From Paraspadella gotoi (Eukaryota > Animalia > Chaetognatha), in NCBI GenBank assembly GCA_051294375.1, contig CM119264.1, positions 10,293,227 to 10,357,167 of the forward strand: a stretch of 63,941 nucleotides of DNA. The letters are read 5' to 3'. This document shows positions 25,495 to 38,595 of the stretch, in pieces (positions within the stretch are counted from its first letter, which is position 1; every line of letters starts with the position of its first letter). Under the pieces are notes generated by a model that saw only the letters and a program-made list of their open reading frames with translations, had not been told where the DNA came from and ran no database searches. A program made the position numbers and the translations under genes.

Positions 25495-28400
25495 GGGAGT
25501 GAGAAGGGAAGAAAGGAATAGTATAGAAAAAAAGAAAGAAAAAAAGAAAGAAGAAAAAAAAATGAAAAGAAAAAAAAGAAAGAAAGAAAGAAAGAAAGAA
25601 AGGAAAGAAAAGAAAAGAGGAAGAAAGAAGAAGGAAAGAAAAAGGAAAGAAAAAAAGAAAAAAAAGATGAAAGAAAAAAGAGAGAAAAAGAAGAAAGAAA
25701 AAAAGAAAGAAAGAAAGAATTTTAAAAAATGAAGACTAAGCGGCTAAATGGCGAGAGGCAAATGTAATTTCGAAATATCGATCTTTTCATGTTTTCTCAC
25801 AGATTCGGTTGCCTGTAATGTTTCTTTGTTCGAGAGTAAGAGACGAAAAAAGAAGGATGAGCAGGAGAGGAAGGAGGGGGAGACAGAGAGAGAGAAAATG
25901 AGAGATTCATGGAGGAGAGAGAGAGAGAGCGAAGAGAAAGAAAGAGAGAGACGAGAGAGAGAGAGGAGGCATATGGTTGGACTTCCCTCCACATCTCGAC
26001 GCTGATTGCTCCAGCCGCGACTCAGCCGGACTTTCCTCGGCACGGAGTAAGTTCGCTTCCTGATCGCTCGTCTTTCCGGCGAAGGAAGAGGATTCTCTTC
26101 CTTCTCTTTCTCTCTCTCTTCTCCTTTCGCTCCTCTTTCGCGAGACTTACCTCTCGAATTTCGGAGGAAATTTATCATTTCTCATGAAAAAATTACTTTT
26201 CCCAATTGTGATATTTTAAATAAGGGGGAAAAACTATTTTTACAAAGACAAATGTATAAGTTAATGTGAAATTAACTGCTTAAAATTGATAAAAAAATTT
26301 ACTAAAATAAGTTACCTTTACCAAAGCAAATACAGAGAATCCATTGTTATTAATATTAAAATAAACATAAAAGTTATGTCATAAATTAAAAATTTAAAAT
26401 ATCAATGAAACGAAAATAAAAAAATCAATTATTTTATAATTAATTAATTAGATTAATCATTAATTAATAATTATGCTCAAGTCAGCACGTTACTCTCTTC
26501 GCCAATCTGGTCAAGTTTCATTGTCTTTTGTCGGAATGCTGACTGGTTTAGGAAGTCGCAGTTCAAAAAAGCCCACGGACTTAAGTAATAAAACAAAGTT
26601 TTAGTGCGGATCTGCATTTCACTCTATAATTCACTTTTCGGTCCGCGGTCCGCCCCATCAATCTTGTCGGGAATTCACTTATTATCAGTGTCAAGAACAT
26701 CCGACATATGATAAATTATGAAATTTTCCGTGAGAACAACGAAAAAATAAATTTTATTTAACATTAAAATTTGGATTGTTTCGGCTTTGTTCTTCAAGCC
26801 TTTCATCACATTTGAAAAAGGGACACAAAAATGTTTTTTACAAAATTGAGTGGTGAGTGAGAGGAGAAGAGAGAGAGAGAGAGAGAGAGTTTCCAACCAA
26901 AGAATTTTAATAAGGATAGTGTTCAGATGTGGAGAATAGTGAAGATGAGGACAGCGGATGAAGAGAGAGTAAAAGTGAAATTTGGTTGAAAGGTTGAGAG
27001 AGAGAGAGAGAGAATCACTGAGCAAATATACATTTGGTAATGTACAACAAAGAATAAATGGTGTGAAAAAAGACTTAAAACATAACAGAGAATTAATAAA
27101 GTTAAGTGAATTAGGTTAATTTTAGTACAATTTGTAGTATAAGTGAAATGAAAAATAAAAATGAAATGAAAAAGAAAATAATTTTTTGAGGATAAATAAG
27201 ATGAAGGTAAAAGTGAAAAATAAGTAAAGAAAGGAAGCCAAATGAGCTGGTCCCCCCCCCCGGCCGGGCAAAATGTAGGCATTACTGAAAGAGTTTTGCG
27301 TTCATTGGCCACGTCATAGATTGAAGAGTATTGTGGCCGGCAAGTTGTTAGGCAAGGATCTGTAGTAATCCAGCTGGAAATATTCCACTTATTTAAATTC
27401 TCTGATTATGTTTAGTCTTTTTCAACACCATTATCTTTATTGTACATTACCAAATGTATATTTTTGCACAGTGATTCTCTTTCTCCTCTCTCTCTTCTCT
27501 CTCTCTGCATCTCTCTCTCTCTCTCTCTCACCTTTCTCCAAATTTCACTTTTACTCTCTCTTCTTCCCTTCCTCATCTTCACCCTATTCTCACATTCTGA
27601 CCACTATCCCTTACTAAATTTCTTTGTTGGAAACTCTCTCCCTCTCTCACCAGCACTCAATGTTTTGTAAAAAAAAATTTTCTGTGTCTGGTTCAAATGC
27701 TGATGCAAGGCTGAAGAACCAAGCCGAAACATGTCCAAACTTTTATATGTTAATAAATTTTTGTGTTCCACAAAAAATTCGTTCTTCTAATTAACAGCAA
27801 CAAAAAAAAAATAAAGGAATTTAACACCAATGATAAATTATGCAAAAAAAAAACAAACGAGTCCGTCTGTCCTATCGTCCGTCCCACCTTAGCAAAAAAC
27901 ACCAATTTGTGACTGAGTGTTATCTTGATGACTGAAAGTCAATTCGAGTTGCCCAGAATACATTATTATTGTGAATAACAATTAATGTCTAGAGAAAAAT
28001 TTGAAATGGAATTCAACAACGATTTATTTTAAATGAAGTCATTTAAAACTTTTTTCTAAATCTCAACCACAACGAAACGAATGGATTTATAAATGTCTAA
28101 CAATTAATGTCATATGAAAATTCTCTTTGACTAACTTTTTTAATTTGATATTAATAAATCAAAATATCAAACTGTTTTTACCGAGATCCTTATGATTATA
28201 TATTGAGAAAACTTTTTTGCTCCTCTGTTCATACGCCAGTCCAAATGATATTGAATAACCCAGATATAAAATATAGTAGTTTTTTAAGAGAGTGAAAAGC
28301 AAAAACTAAGAGAAAATGTGGGAGAGAGAGAGAAAATGGAGCGAGAACGGTATTTTCGCGAGTCTTCGCCACCCTAGACCCGCGACGATCGCCCGTCGGT

Positions 28401-28569
28401 AGGAAAGGAAGAGGACCGCTTCATTTTTCGAGAGTCACCGACGCGGATGAACCTGCCGACTTTGACCGCGCCTAAGAGAGCAAGGAGGGACAAGAGGGAA
28501 GCCTTTTGGTCGTCTCGCGGCATCGGTCGATGTCGGACCAAACCCCATAGAGAGAGAGAGAGAGAGAGA
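15411..28569 (+). repeat. Copy 2 of the 13.2-kb duplication (likely assembly artefact)
   Basis: Matches 2000-15158 up to the (GA)n tract at 28550-28569, then continues as a noisier version of 15172-15385. Confidence 0.97.
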
Positions 28570-28940
28570 AGAAGAGACGAGAGAGAGAGAAATGAGAGAG
28601 AAAGATAAATCGACTTAGGAAAATGGAAAAATCAGCCAGGAGTTAACGAAAAAATTGTCAAAAGCAGCACCGAGCCTTGTTTTTAATTCTTTTATTTCCC
28701 GCCTCGAAGTTTTTTTTTTTGTCCTGCTGATTTTCGGTATAATCAAAACGTTTCGCCCAGGAGCATTGAGCATAAACCAGAGTTTCCTTTCGATGCTATC
28801 CAACGTCTTTCGTTCATTAATCAACAACCCCTCCTTCTTTGTTTTCTTAAAAAAGTAAATTGATAACCACTTCTTCACTTTAACCTCTCTCGCTATTCTC
28901 TGAGTCTCTACCTCTCTCTTCTCTCCTCTCTCTCTCTCTC

Positions 28941-28981
<41 letters not shown>

Positions 28982-29407
28982 CTCTACTCTCTCTCTTTCT
29001 CCTATTCCCCCCGAAATATTTACTGACTCACGCTCTCATCTTCCCATTCCTGCACCTCATTGCTAAAAACCCGTCATTTCCTCAATAACTCCTTCTGATA
29101 ATTTGCACTGGCTCCTATTACATCCGGCCTATTAATTTTCTTTTCCACTAAATTTGATCTGATTTATCACGAGTAGATCGCTGTATTTATGTTTTCACTT
29201 TCCTTCTAACATCCATCCTGCTTTTTTCTCTCGCTCCATCCTTTTCCTCCCTTCCATCGCACAAACTACTCAATATTTTCCTCTTTACCTCGTTTTTCTC
29301 TTTTCCTAACCTCTGCCATACATTAGCCAACCTCCCTTCCTCCTTCTCTTCCTCTTCCTCCCTCTTTCCCTCTCCTCCATATTTTCCGGTCTACCTCAGC
29401 TCTGAAG

Positions 29408-30557
29408 GGAATTTCGGCGGAGGAGAAGCGACGGGGAAAAGTCTGGACGGATTTCGTCGAGTATCTGAAATTCGTTTGGATCCTCGATAAAATCCGAGCG
29501 GAAACTGCCGCATCGAAGTCTGTGCCGGAAAGGGCGGCGGTGGGCGGGTGGCTGGTGGCGTTTCGGCGGGTGGCGTTGCGGCGGGCGGCGAAAGGCAGGT
29601 GGCCAAACAAAAACTAATTTCCAAACTGCGCGATTCACAGCGTTTACTAGGAATCAATTATTTCTAAAAAGTGCATCGGCCTGTAACTGTGAATTTTTTT
29701 TTTAACTTCAGCCTCGACTGAACGAATACAGTCTTTCGACCTTCAACTCGCAATAAGCGAAAGGAAAACTGAAAAAGCAGCTCGGCCTCGCCCCTCTCCG
29801 CCCCCCGCCTCGCCTCTCCTCGCTCTCTTCGCGTCTTCCACGAGGCGGAACAGAGTTTCCAACCCACGCGGTTTAAAGACGCCAGAGGCGCGCCGGTTAA
29901 GCGCCCCCCTTCTTTTTCCGCCGTTCCATTTAAGCGCCCCCCTACTTTCGGAAGAGATGAAATCCGCGGACCGAAGAGTCGGCAGGAAAAAGCCTTTGTT
30001 TGTGTGTATCCTGGTTTTGTTCTCACCAGGCGAAACAAATATCAAGGAAGAGAGAAATAGGACAAAATGAAGCGGCTGATACAGGGACGAACGACGNNNN
30101 NNNNNNNNNNNNNNNNNNNNNNNNNNNNNNNNNNNNNNNNNNNNNNNNNNNNNNNNNNNNNNNNNNNNNNNNNNNNNNNNNNNNNNNNNNNNNNNNNNNN
30201 NNNNNNNNNNNNNNNNNNNNNNNNNNNNNNNNNNNNNNNNNNNNNNNNNNNNNNNNNNNNNNNNNNNTAATTTGACACGTATGATGCGAAATATGTCGAT
30301 CCAAAGTCAATCTCGAGAGTCGCACAATGGAGATTGCCCCTTTTACCAAATTTATTCTTTTTCTTTTTTTTTCGCCGTCGCTGCCGCCACCGCCCTCCCC
30401 GCTCTCTCTTTGCCACAAAGGTAAGTTAAAAACGCGAGACAGAGTGGGTCGCCCGGTGGGCGGTGGACGAATGCAGCGGGGCAGAGAAAAATGAGAAAAA
30501 AATGGAAAGCAGAAGAAGGGAGAAGAGGAAAAGTCGAGGAAACTGGGATGAGAAATG
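29408..30557 (+). repeat. Noisy duplicate of 30583-31693 across a 25-N gap
   Basis: Collinear (gatttcgtcgagtatctgaaattcgtttggatcctcg...; ctctctctttgccacaaaggtaagtt). Lacks ~120 bp equivalent to 31381-31500 and has an internal N run. Confidence 0.9.
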
Positions 30558-30582
30558 NNNNNNNNNNNNNNNNNNNNNNNNN

Positions 30583-31557
30583 GGAATTTCGGCGAGGAGA
30601 GAAGCGACGGGGAAAAGTCTGACGACGATTTCGTCGAGTATCTGAAATTCGTTTGGATCCTCGATAAAATCCGAGCGGAAACTGCCGCATCGAAGTCTGT
30701 GCCGGAAGGGCGGCGGTGGGCGGGTGGCTGGGTGGGTTTCGGCGGGTGGCGTTCGGCGGGCGGCGAAAGGCAGGTGGCCAAAGCAAAAACTAATTTTCCA
30801 AACTGCGCGATTCACAGCGTTTACTAGGAATCAATATATTTCTTAAAAAGTGCATCGGCCTGTAACTGTGAATTTTTTTTTTAACTTTCAGCCTCGACTG
30901 AACGAATACAGTCTTTCGACCGTTCAACTCGCAATAAAGCGAAAGAAAACTGAAAAGCAGCTCGGCCTCGCCCCTCTCCGCCCCCCCGCCTCGCCTCTCC
31001 TCGCTCTCTTCGCGTCTTCCACGAGGCGGAACAGAGTTTCCAACCCACGCGCGTTTAAAGACGCCAGAGGCGCGCGGTTAAGCGCCCCCCTTCTTTTTCC
31101 GCCGTTTCCATTTAAGCGCCCCCCTACTTTCGGAAGAGATGAAATTCGCGCGGACCGAAGAGTCGCAGGAAAAAGCCTTTGTTTTGGTGTGTATTCCTGG
31201 TTTTGTTCTCACCAGGCGAAACAAATATCAAGGAAGAGAGAATTAGGACAAAATGAAGCGGCTGATACAGGGACGAACGACGACGATAATTTTGACCACG
31301 ATGATCGAATATGTCGATCCAAAGTCAATCTCGAGAGTCGCCACAATGGAGATGCCCCGTTTACCAAATTATTTCTTTTCTAAGGACTACTATGCGTTTT
31401 TTTTTTTAAATTTTAACTATGATTCATAAGCAAAATAAAAATCCTGTTGTTTTTCTCATCGCATTTCCAGAACAATGCACGTGCTCGTGTCGAGAAAGTT
31501 GTTTTTTTTCGCCGTCGCTGCCGCCACCGCCCTCCCCGCTCTCTCTTTGCCACAAAG
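30583..31557 (+). CDS. Fragment of a spliced plus-strand gene, product unknown (candidate exons ~30583-30773, 30892-~31187, 31216-~31337, 31471-31557)
   Basis: Acceptors ttaactttcag|, ttctcaccag| and catttccag|, donor AAAG|GTAAGT at 31558. Protein-like frames DFVEYLKFVWILDKIRAETAASK and PRLNEYSLSTVQLAIKRKKTEKQL. Confidence 0.45.
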
Positions 31558-31909
31558 GTAAGTTAAAAAACGCGAGACAGAGTGGGTCGCCCGGTGGGCG
31601 TGGACGAATGCAGCGGGCGAAGAAAAATGAGAAAAAAATGGAAAGCGGAAGTAAGGGAGAAGAGGAAAAGTCGAGGAAACTTGGATAGAAATGAGAAAAA
31701 AAAAAAAGCGAAAGAGAAAAAAAAACAGAAAACGGAAGTAAATTTCGTGGAGACTTAATTCTGCTTTTAGAATAAGCAAAAAAATTGGGCAAAAAATTTA
31801 ATGGAAATGGGAAAAAGTCAAAAGAAAGTAATGAGGGCAGAAAGAAATGACGGATGTGAAATACGAAGAAAAAAAATACTATGATTGTCTAAGTGAAAGA
31901 TATGTACTA

Positions 31910-32525
31910 AGGCGTAGTGAAAGTTACATACGAAAATTCTAAAAAAGTCAATTATGAACAAACATACCGTCAGTGAACATTAATTTGTAAAAAAAATTAA
32001 TTTTATGTTTTTTAATTTTTGCAGTAGGCTATATTTATATATAGTACTATCCTTATAATATCAAAAAATTTCAAAATAGGCTTTTTTTTAATTTTTGATT
32101 ACAGATTATGAATTCCTCGTCAAAAAGTTGATAAAAAGTAAAAATATAATATCATTTTTAAAAATTCTTTCATTAATGTCGGTGTAAAAAATAATTGAAA
32201 AAACTATATTTAATATATAAAAAAAATTGACCCACTTAATGAAAGAATTTTTTAAAAAGAATTTATTTTTCTTTTTATCAACTTTTTATGACGAATCTAA
32301 ATCTGCAAAAAAATCTCAGAAAAAAACTGTTTGAATTATTTATTGGTATATAGTTAAATATCCACAATATTGGTTAGTACTAGTATAAAATATGGCCTAC
32401 TGTGTAAATTGCTAAAAATCTATTATAATTTTTTTTATTACATATATGTTCATTTTGTATAATGTTGTTCGTTCCTCACTTTTTAGAATTTTTAATAAGT
32501 TAAATTTAGGAATTTTACTACGCCT
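31910..32525. mobile_element. 616-bp AT-rich fold-back MITE with putative TA target-site duplication
   Basis: TA|AGGCGTAGTGAAA ... TTTTACTACGCCT|TA. Nested internal inverted matches: aaaattctaaaaaagt/actttttagaatttt, cagtaggctatattt/aaatatggcctactg, tcgtcaaaaagttgataaaaag/ctttttatcaactttttatgacga. Confidence 0.7.
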
Positions 32526-32696
32526 TAATATGTACGACGTACATTGTACGTATTTCCTTAAAGATAAAAATGAGTTAAATAATGATAAGAGACAGAAGAA
32601 AAAAGGGGAAAAAAGAATATATATAAAGGAAGTTCGAAGAGACCCACTTTAAAAACGCACGCAAAACTGAGAGAAAAGAGAGAGAGAGAGAGAGAG

Positions 32697-32772
<76 letters not shown>

Positions 32773-32851
32773 AGAGAGAGAGAGATGAGAGAGAGAGAGA
32801 GATGAGAGAGAGGAGAGAGAGAGAGAGAGAGAGAGAAAGGCGCGGCGAAAT

Positions 32852-34197
32852 ATGATTAGAGACATTAAAAGGAGGAAGAGAAGCGAAAAGAATGAACCTG
32901 GAAGGTCATCTCGGCGAAAGCTTAAACCGGTCGTTAAGGTGGTGGCCGGGGGAAGGAGGTGTGGTTCTACGGGAAGAGTTGAAGGGGGAAAGTTGGGCGC
33001 CGTTTGCAGGGGTGGACCTAACTGCGACGTTAATGCCTTAGAGACACTGTGATAAGGGCGGGACTCGCAAACGGCCGTTAGGCGGCCGAGGGGCCCGTCG
33101 CATCGTAACGTCGTCGCGGGAACTTGGCAAAGACGACCCCGAGAGTTTTTAACGGCCTTTTATTTGATTCGGCCATCGATGACGACGCTGCCCCCGTTAT
33201 TTCCATCATTATTTCGGGCCTCTTTTTGTTCGGACGACGAAATTAGGCGATTCGTCGTCTCGTTAAAAGTCGAGAAGGAAAATAACTGGAATGATTTGTT
33301 ACGTTGGATCGAAGGAAACGGAATTTTCATGCGTCTCTTCGTGTTTACAGACCGGTCGGCATGCCAACGACACGAAAGTGAAATAGATCACAATACTGAT
33401 GAAATTGTAAGAACATAGGAACAAAGACGAAACTCACTTAATCTCTAGAAGAAGAGTCGGAAATGTTGCTGACACCAAAAAAAATGGAAATAGGAACTAA
33501 TTGAGATGCAGAGACGATGAAAACTTTTTTTGTTTTGTTTTTTTTTTTGGTTTTTTTTTTTGCAACGGCCAGGCGTTTGACCATCTGGCCCTCTGTGCGT
33601 CGAAGGAATCTTCAAACAAAGAAACACCCGAGGGCAAGTAATCCGTCGTGCCAAATTTCTTTTCTGTTTATGAACTAGCTACCATTGCTTGTATTTCTAA
33701 CGATCCTAACGTTAGTTGAATCACTTTAATACTCTTTTTGGTTTTTCTTTCCAGTTTTCCTCCTTGTTATTTTTTTTCTTTTCAGAGCACTCTTTTGTAA
33801 TTCGAATAAAATCAAAGAGTAAACACTCTGTAATTAACCGCTCACCAAAAGTGATTAAAAAACAGAACATAGAAAATTTAAAAAAAGCAGAAATTCAAGA
33901 AAGAGGAAGACCCTGTTACCCATCAAGAGGAGAGAACGACTTAAAAAAGAAAAGGAGAGAGATGAGGAGGAAGAGGAGGAGGAGGAGGAGTAGGGAGAGG
34001 CGGACCCGTCGAACGACATCGAAGGTGAAAGGGGCGGAGAAAGGACAAAAACATAAAGCCTCCGCGACGCCTTCGTTTTTGTTCGGACGAAATCCTCTTG
34101 CGGGAGAAAAGGAAAGAGAAGAAAAACCCCGCGAGTTGTAGAGGATGAACTTTTGAAATTGGCGGGAAAATGGGAAGAAGACTTTGGGAGGAGATGG
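32852..34197 (+). CDS. Candidate exons of a spliced plus-strand gene, product unknown
   Basis: ORFs 32852..33052 and 33164..33418 share a frame. Phase-compatible exons 33351-33406 (DRSACQRHESEIDHNTDEI|GTAAGA) and 33573-33637 (AFDHLALCASKESSNKETPEG|GTAATC). Further acceptors at ~33785 and ~33890. Confidence 0.35.
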
Positions 34198-35202
34198 TAA
34201 ATAAGAAGGGGCTAAAGCGGGGGTCGAAAAATATATTACGTGTATCAAGATAAGACAGTTTTTGGTGGGAATTACATGAGCAGTTTTTTTTGTTTTTTTT
34301 TGTCAATATTTCGATTTACATTGACATTGACAAAAATGCCTTAATATCTTATATTAGGGCAACAATTGCCTGTGATGTCCATTGGGATGGGGCATCTCAC
34401 AGTTGGCTTTGGGGGCTTCCGACATTCAGGGACGCCTCCAGTCACTGGCGCGGTTACCCTAGGACGGTCTCTCTTTGCCAACGCAGAGGACTGTGGATGG
34501 AACACAACGCCTGGGATGGTGTGTTCCCCCTCTGAGCCAATGATATTGGGTGAACAATGGTGGACGTGAGGCGGTGTGAATATACCGCCACAATATCTTG
34601 ATTTTTTAATACATTTCATGTGTTCATACGATGTCTCTTCAAAATATATATGGAGTAATATATCCGGATGTAACAGCGTCAATGCCGATACGATTGCATG
34701 TTTCCTATAGGTATTCACTGTTAGGAATGTAATTCTCTAGAGTGCGAAGGATGGAACTCTCGCATATGCAAATCGCGTTCGGTTGACGCCCGTCAAAAAA
34801 AAACAAAAGCGGCGCCGTTGACATCAAAACGGCGACAATCGACCGTTTGACGCGCGCAGCGTCGGAATAAATGACACTTTGACAACCGTGTCTCATCGGC
34901 GTCCTCGTCATAGCTTGGTTGCTACGAATTTTATGCCTAGTATTTTGAATAATTTTTTTTTGTTAGCGGTTTTAATTTTCTTTTTTTTAGCTAAAGCACA
35001 AAAAGTAGTCAGGTTTAATATTTCTCGCTGGTGTAATGTTTTCATCAAACGAAGTACAGGTAAAGATAAACTGACAAATATAATATATGAATATTGAAGG
35101 AAACATAAATTTTGCAATTGTTTTGACTTCCGAAATGTACCTACCTCGAAAGGTAAGTTCTTAAATCTAAATGAAGCAATACGATAATATCGCGACGAAA
35201 AA

Positions 35203-36826
35203 GGAAAGCACCATGGAAAGGAAAAGAGTGTTTAAGGCTTGGCCCAACCCCAAAGCCAAGGGCATCGAGAAAAAAAACCCTTTCGATCTCTCCAGCCTCA
35301 GGGGCAAAACCAACCCGTCCCCCTTCAAAAAAAAAGGGCTGCGGGGTCCGTCGAGAGGGCGCCAGTTTATGCGTTCATTTCCCAGGCGACTATTTTCCCT
35401 GGAATAATTTCCTGCCGAAACGACTATTTTTTTCCCTATTTTTTTTCTCTCTCTCTCCTTTTCCCGCCCCAAATTCCTTTCTTATTTCTCTCTCTCTATC
35501 GTCTACGTACTTATCGCCGCTTTTTTTTTCCCTCGTCGTTATTTCTTTTTTTTTTCTTTACGAAACGAGCGAGAGAGCGAGAGAATGAGACGTCCGTCTC
35601 AGATCTGTTCTTTCGCTTCAGCTTGAATGTTTCTACTTTCTACCTCCACTTTAATCTTCCACCAAAAAAATTTTATCTTTTCATCACTTTACGTTCCTTT
35701 CGTGATTTTCTCTTTCGACGAAACCTTACTTCCTCTTCACTTCTCAGAGTTTCGCATCACTCTTCATTATCCATATATTTAAGTCATTTCACTCTCCTGT
35801 ATAAGTATCATCCTCTCCACATCCCACGAGAACCGATCTCCGCTTTCTTTCGATGACGGAGCCAATAACAAACCCCGAAGTCGGTCCAGTGGTTCCCTCT
35901 CCCTTTCCTCGTCATCCGCCGCTTCGACTGGCGATCGGGTCGAACTTACTCTCTGAGCCTTAACGAAGAGTTTCGATTCTAATGGGGTTTTCGGCTAAGG
36001 TAAGTTAAAGACTCTGGACTGAGTGGAGTTTCAGCTTCTTCATCGTCTTCGATGTTGTCCTCGTACAGTTTTATTTCTTTGTGCTAATTCCGTCGATCCG
36101 ATTTTATGATTTTAATCCATTTTTCCGGGGAATCTTGTATTTTCTTCAATAGTTTTTCGATGCTCCAATTTTCTCCGTTCTTTCCCTTATCGTCTTTATC
36201 CGTCTTTCCTTTCTTCCTTTCTTATTTTAATCCTACCTTCCTTTCCTTTTGCTTACCGTCTTTATCCGTCTTTTCTTCCTTCCTTTCTCCCTTCCTTTCT
36301 TTTCTTTTCAATTCCTTCATTCCTTCCTTCCTCCCTCCTTTCCTAGCTCCTTTTCTTTCCTTTTTTCCTTTCTTTTTCTTGTCCCCCACAATCTTTACTA
36401 ATCGGAATTCAACGACTCGAGCTAAAAACGATTAAATTAGTTCGTTAAACCGTTTGTTACATTGATCGTTTCAACCATTCTTGGTTAATCGAGTGCATCT
36501 ATATGCAAATCCGTATGTATGGCCGTATAGTTTAAATACAAGCTTCATTAAAATCAATAAAACGGTGAACCAAGCGGTTTTCGGCTCAGCTGACGACCCG
36601 CTCCAGGAAGTTGAAGCGAGGCTCGAGCGTTTCGACTGTGCGGTCCGGCCATTCGAAAACGTTCTGCCTCCGTTCCGCTCGGACGCGTCGACAACATAAA
36701 CGAGCTTCCTCTTTGGCAGGACGTCGACTTTCCTATCAGCCGAGCGAAGGCCTCGTTCTCTCCCTGCGCCAACAGCCACCAACCCTTCCCAGACCGTCTC
36801 TCTCTCTCTCTCTTTTGTCGAGATGA
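35203..36826 (+). CDS. Candidate exons of a Ser/Arg/Lys-rich gene fragment
   Basis: MERKRVFKAWPNPKAKGIEKKNPFDLSSLRGK (from ATG 35213). Strong donors AG|GTAAGT at 35153 and 36000. Acceptor cggctcag| at 36589 followed by open frames. Confidence 0.3.
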
Positions 36827-37148
36827 AACGTCAAACTACTTCATAAAAAGTGTTTGAATAAGCGAAACACTGGAAGAGCGAAGAGAAAAAAAAGAGAGAG
36901 AGTGAGAGAGAGAAAAATGGTTTTGATTCAGGGAATTAAATGGGGAGAACGAGTTAGGCTTGACGAAGGCCGGGCGTCTGGGCGTGGCGGATATCCGCCG
37001 GGCATGGCCGGAAGGGAGAGAGAGTGAGAGAGAAGAGATAAGAAGAGATGGTGAGTAGAGAAGGAAGCGGAGAGAAACTATTTTAACTGAGAGAGTGCAC
37101 ACTCTGAAGAGTGAGAGAGAGAGAGAAAAGAGAAAGAGAGAGAATGAG

Positions 37149-37188
<40 letters not shown>

Positions 37189-37273
37189 GAGAGAGGCGAG
37201 AGAGAGAGAAGAGAAGAGAGAGAAAGAGAAAAGAGAAAGAAAGAGGAGAAGAGAGGGATATGAGAAAGAGAGA

Positions 37274-37306
<33 letters not shown>

Positions 37307-38595
37307 TAAAGGGCAGTAACAAGAAGAAGGGGGGGGGAGATGAAGCGACGAGCCGGTTTAGCGCGTCAAAGGACGTCACCGCCGACGCGTCAAAACAGGC
37401 GGCGCTCGTGTATTCGTCGCTGCCTACAAGTCGTCCTTCATGCAATAGAAAAAAAAACAGCGTCGCAATTTTGTTGCGAACTTTAATACTACAAGAGAGA
37501 AGATTTTTAATTACATCTAGATTGATCGTAAGAACGAAAATGTGATTTTAAATATTAGATTTTTGTGTTTGAAGTCCTTTTATTTCAATTTTTCAGTCTC
37601 TTACCTCATTCTTTTCTCTTTCTTCTGGTCTTCAAGGTCACGCTCACAGATTGAACCAAGGCTACTTCCGCTCATTTTATCTTAATAACCTTATCATATC
37701 AATTTCCTTTTCACCTCTTCACCTTCTTCTTTTCCCGTTTTCGCCCCTTGGATGCTCGACTATCATTGATACAGTTCAATATCGACAACAACTTTAACTA
37801 CAATTATAATTTTACTGCTAATTAATATATAACAGAAGCTCTGTTTCTCGTCCTCGCCATTTTCAATCCCGCCCCGCTGGCCTCCTCGCCCCTCTCACAA
37901 ACTCGCAAGTTAGACTCGCGCGCACTCACACCCGCTCGCACGCACCCCAAGATTCTTGGCGTGAAAAGTCTGCGCACATGAATGGAATCGCGCCATAAAT
38001 AAAACTGCTGCCCTTGTCACTTTTTCTCTTTTTCTTTTCTCTACTACGACGAACCTAAACAAAGATTTTCTCTCTCTCTTGCTCTCTCTCTCTTGCTTTC
38101 TCTTCTTTTCTTTCGGATCTTTTATTCTCTTTTTTTCTTTTCTTTTTACTTTTCTTTTCTTTTCTTTTCCTCGATAAAACCACGCCCTTCAACCGTTTGG
38201 GACGTATAAAATTTTTTTGAGACGAACGAGAGTGGCTGTTTGAATGAAAGAGAGGAAAGAAAATGTAAGAGATGTCGTGCCTGATTGGATTCAAAATTAG
38301 GCTGCATTATTTTACTAATTACAAGAGGACGTTGTAAACCAATTTCTGTTAAAAAATGCGAGTCAAGCCTTTAATTTGTTATTTCAAAATTTAAATAAGG
38401 TTTAGAAACTTTAATCAGAAAAATTTAAAATGGCACGTTAATTAATTATTATACTAATTACATTCGTAAAAAAGAGAAATTTCAGAATTGGCTCAGAAAC
38501 TAAAGAAATTGAATAAACAGTAATTGAGAGTTTTTTTTAGGTTTCCCGATAATGAAAGAAATATTTAAAGACACAGCAATAAACATATGACAAAC

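Noticed and set aside
29400-29500. bHLH-like ISAEEKRR motif
   Set aside because: Present only in one noisy copy, and there is no helix-2 signature.
685-34056. Stop-codon reassignment (TAG in an Asp-rich frame at ~685; TAG in a GAG run at ~33991; TGATAA at 33050)
   Set aside because: Stop-free alternative frames exist at the first two sites, independent copies disagree there, and indel error is pervasive. The clean Ig exons need no recoding.
36471-36782. Terminal minus-strand exon of the Ig gene with a hydrophobic tail
   Set aside because: Weak acceptor and a frameshift is needed. Plus-strand splice signals and frames are at least as good, so it is left unassigned to the Ig gene.
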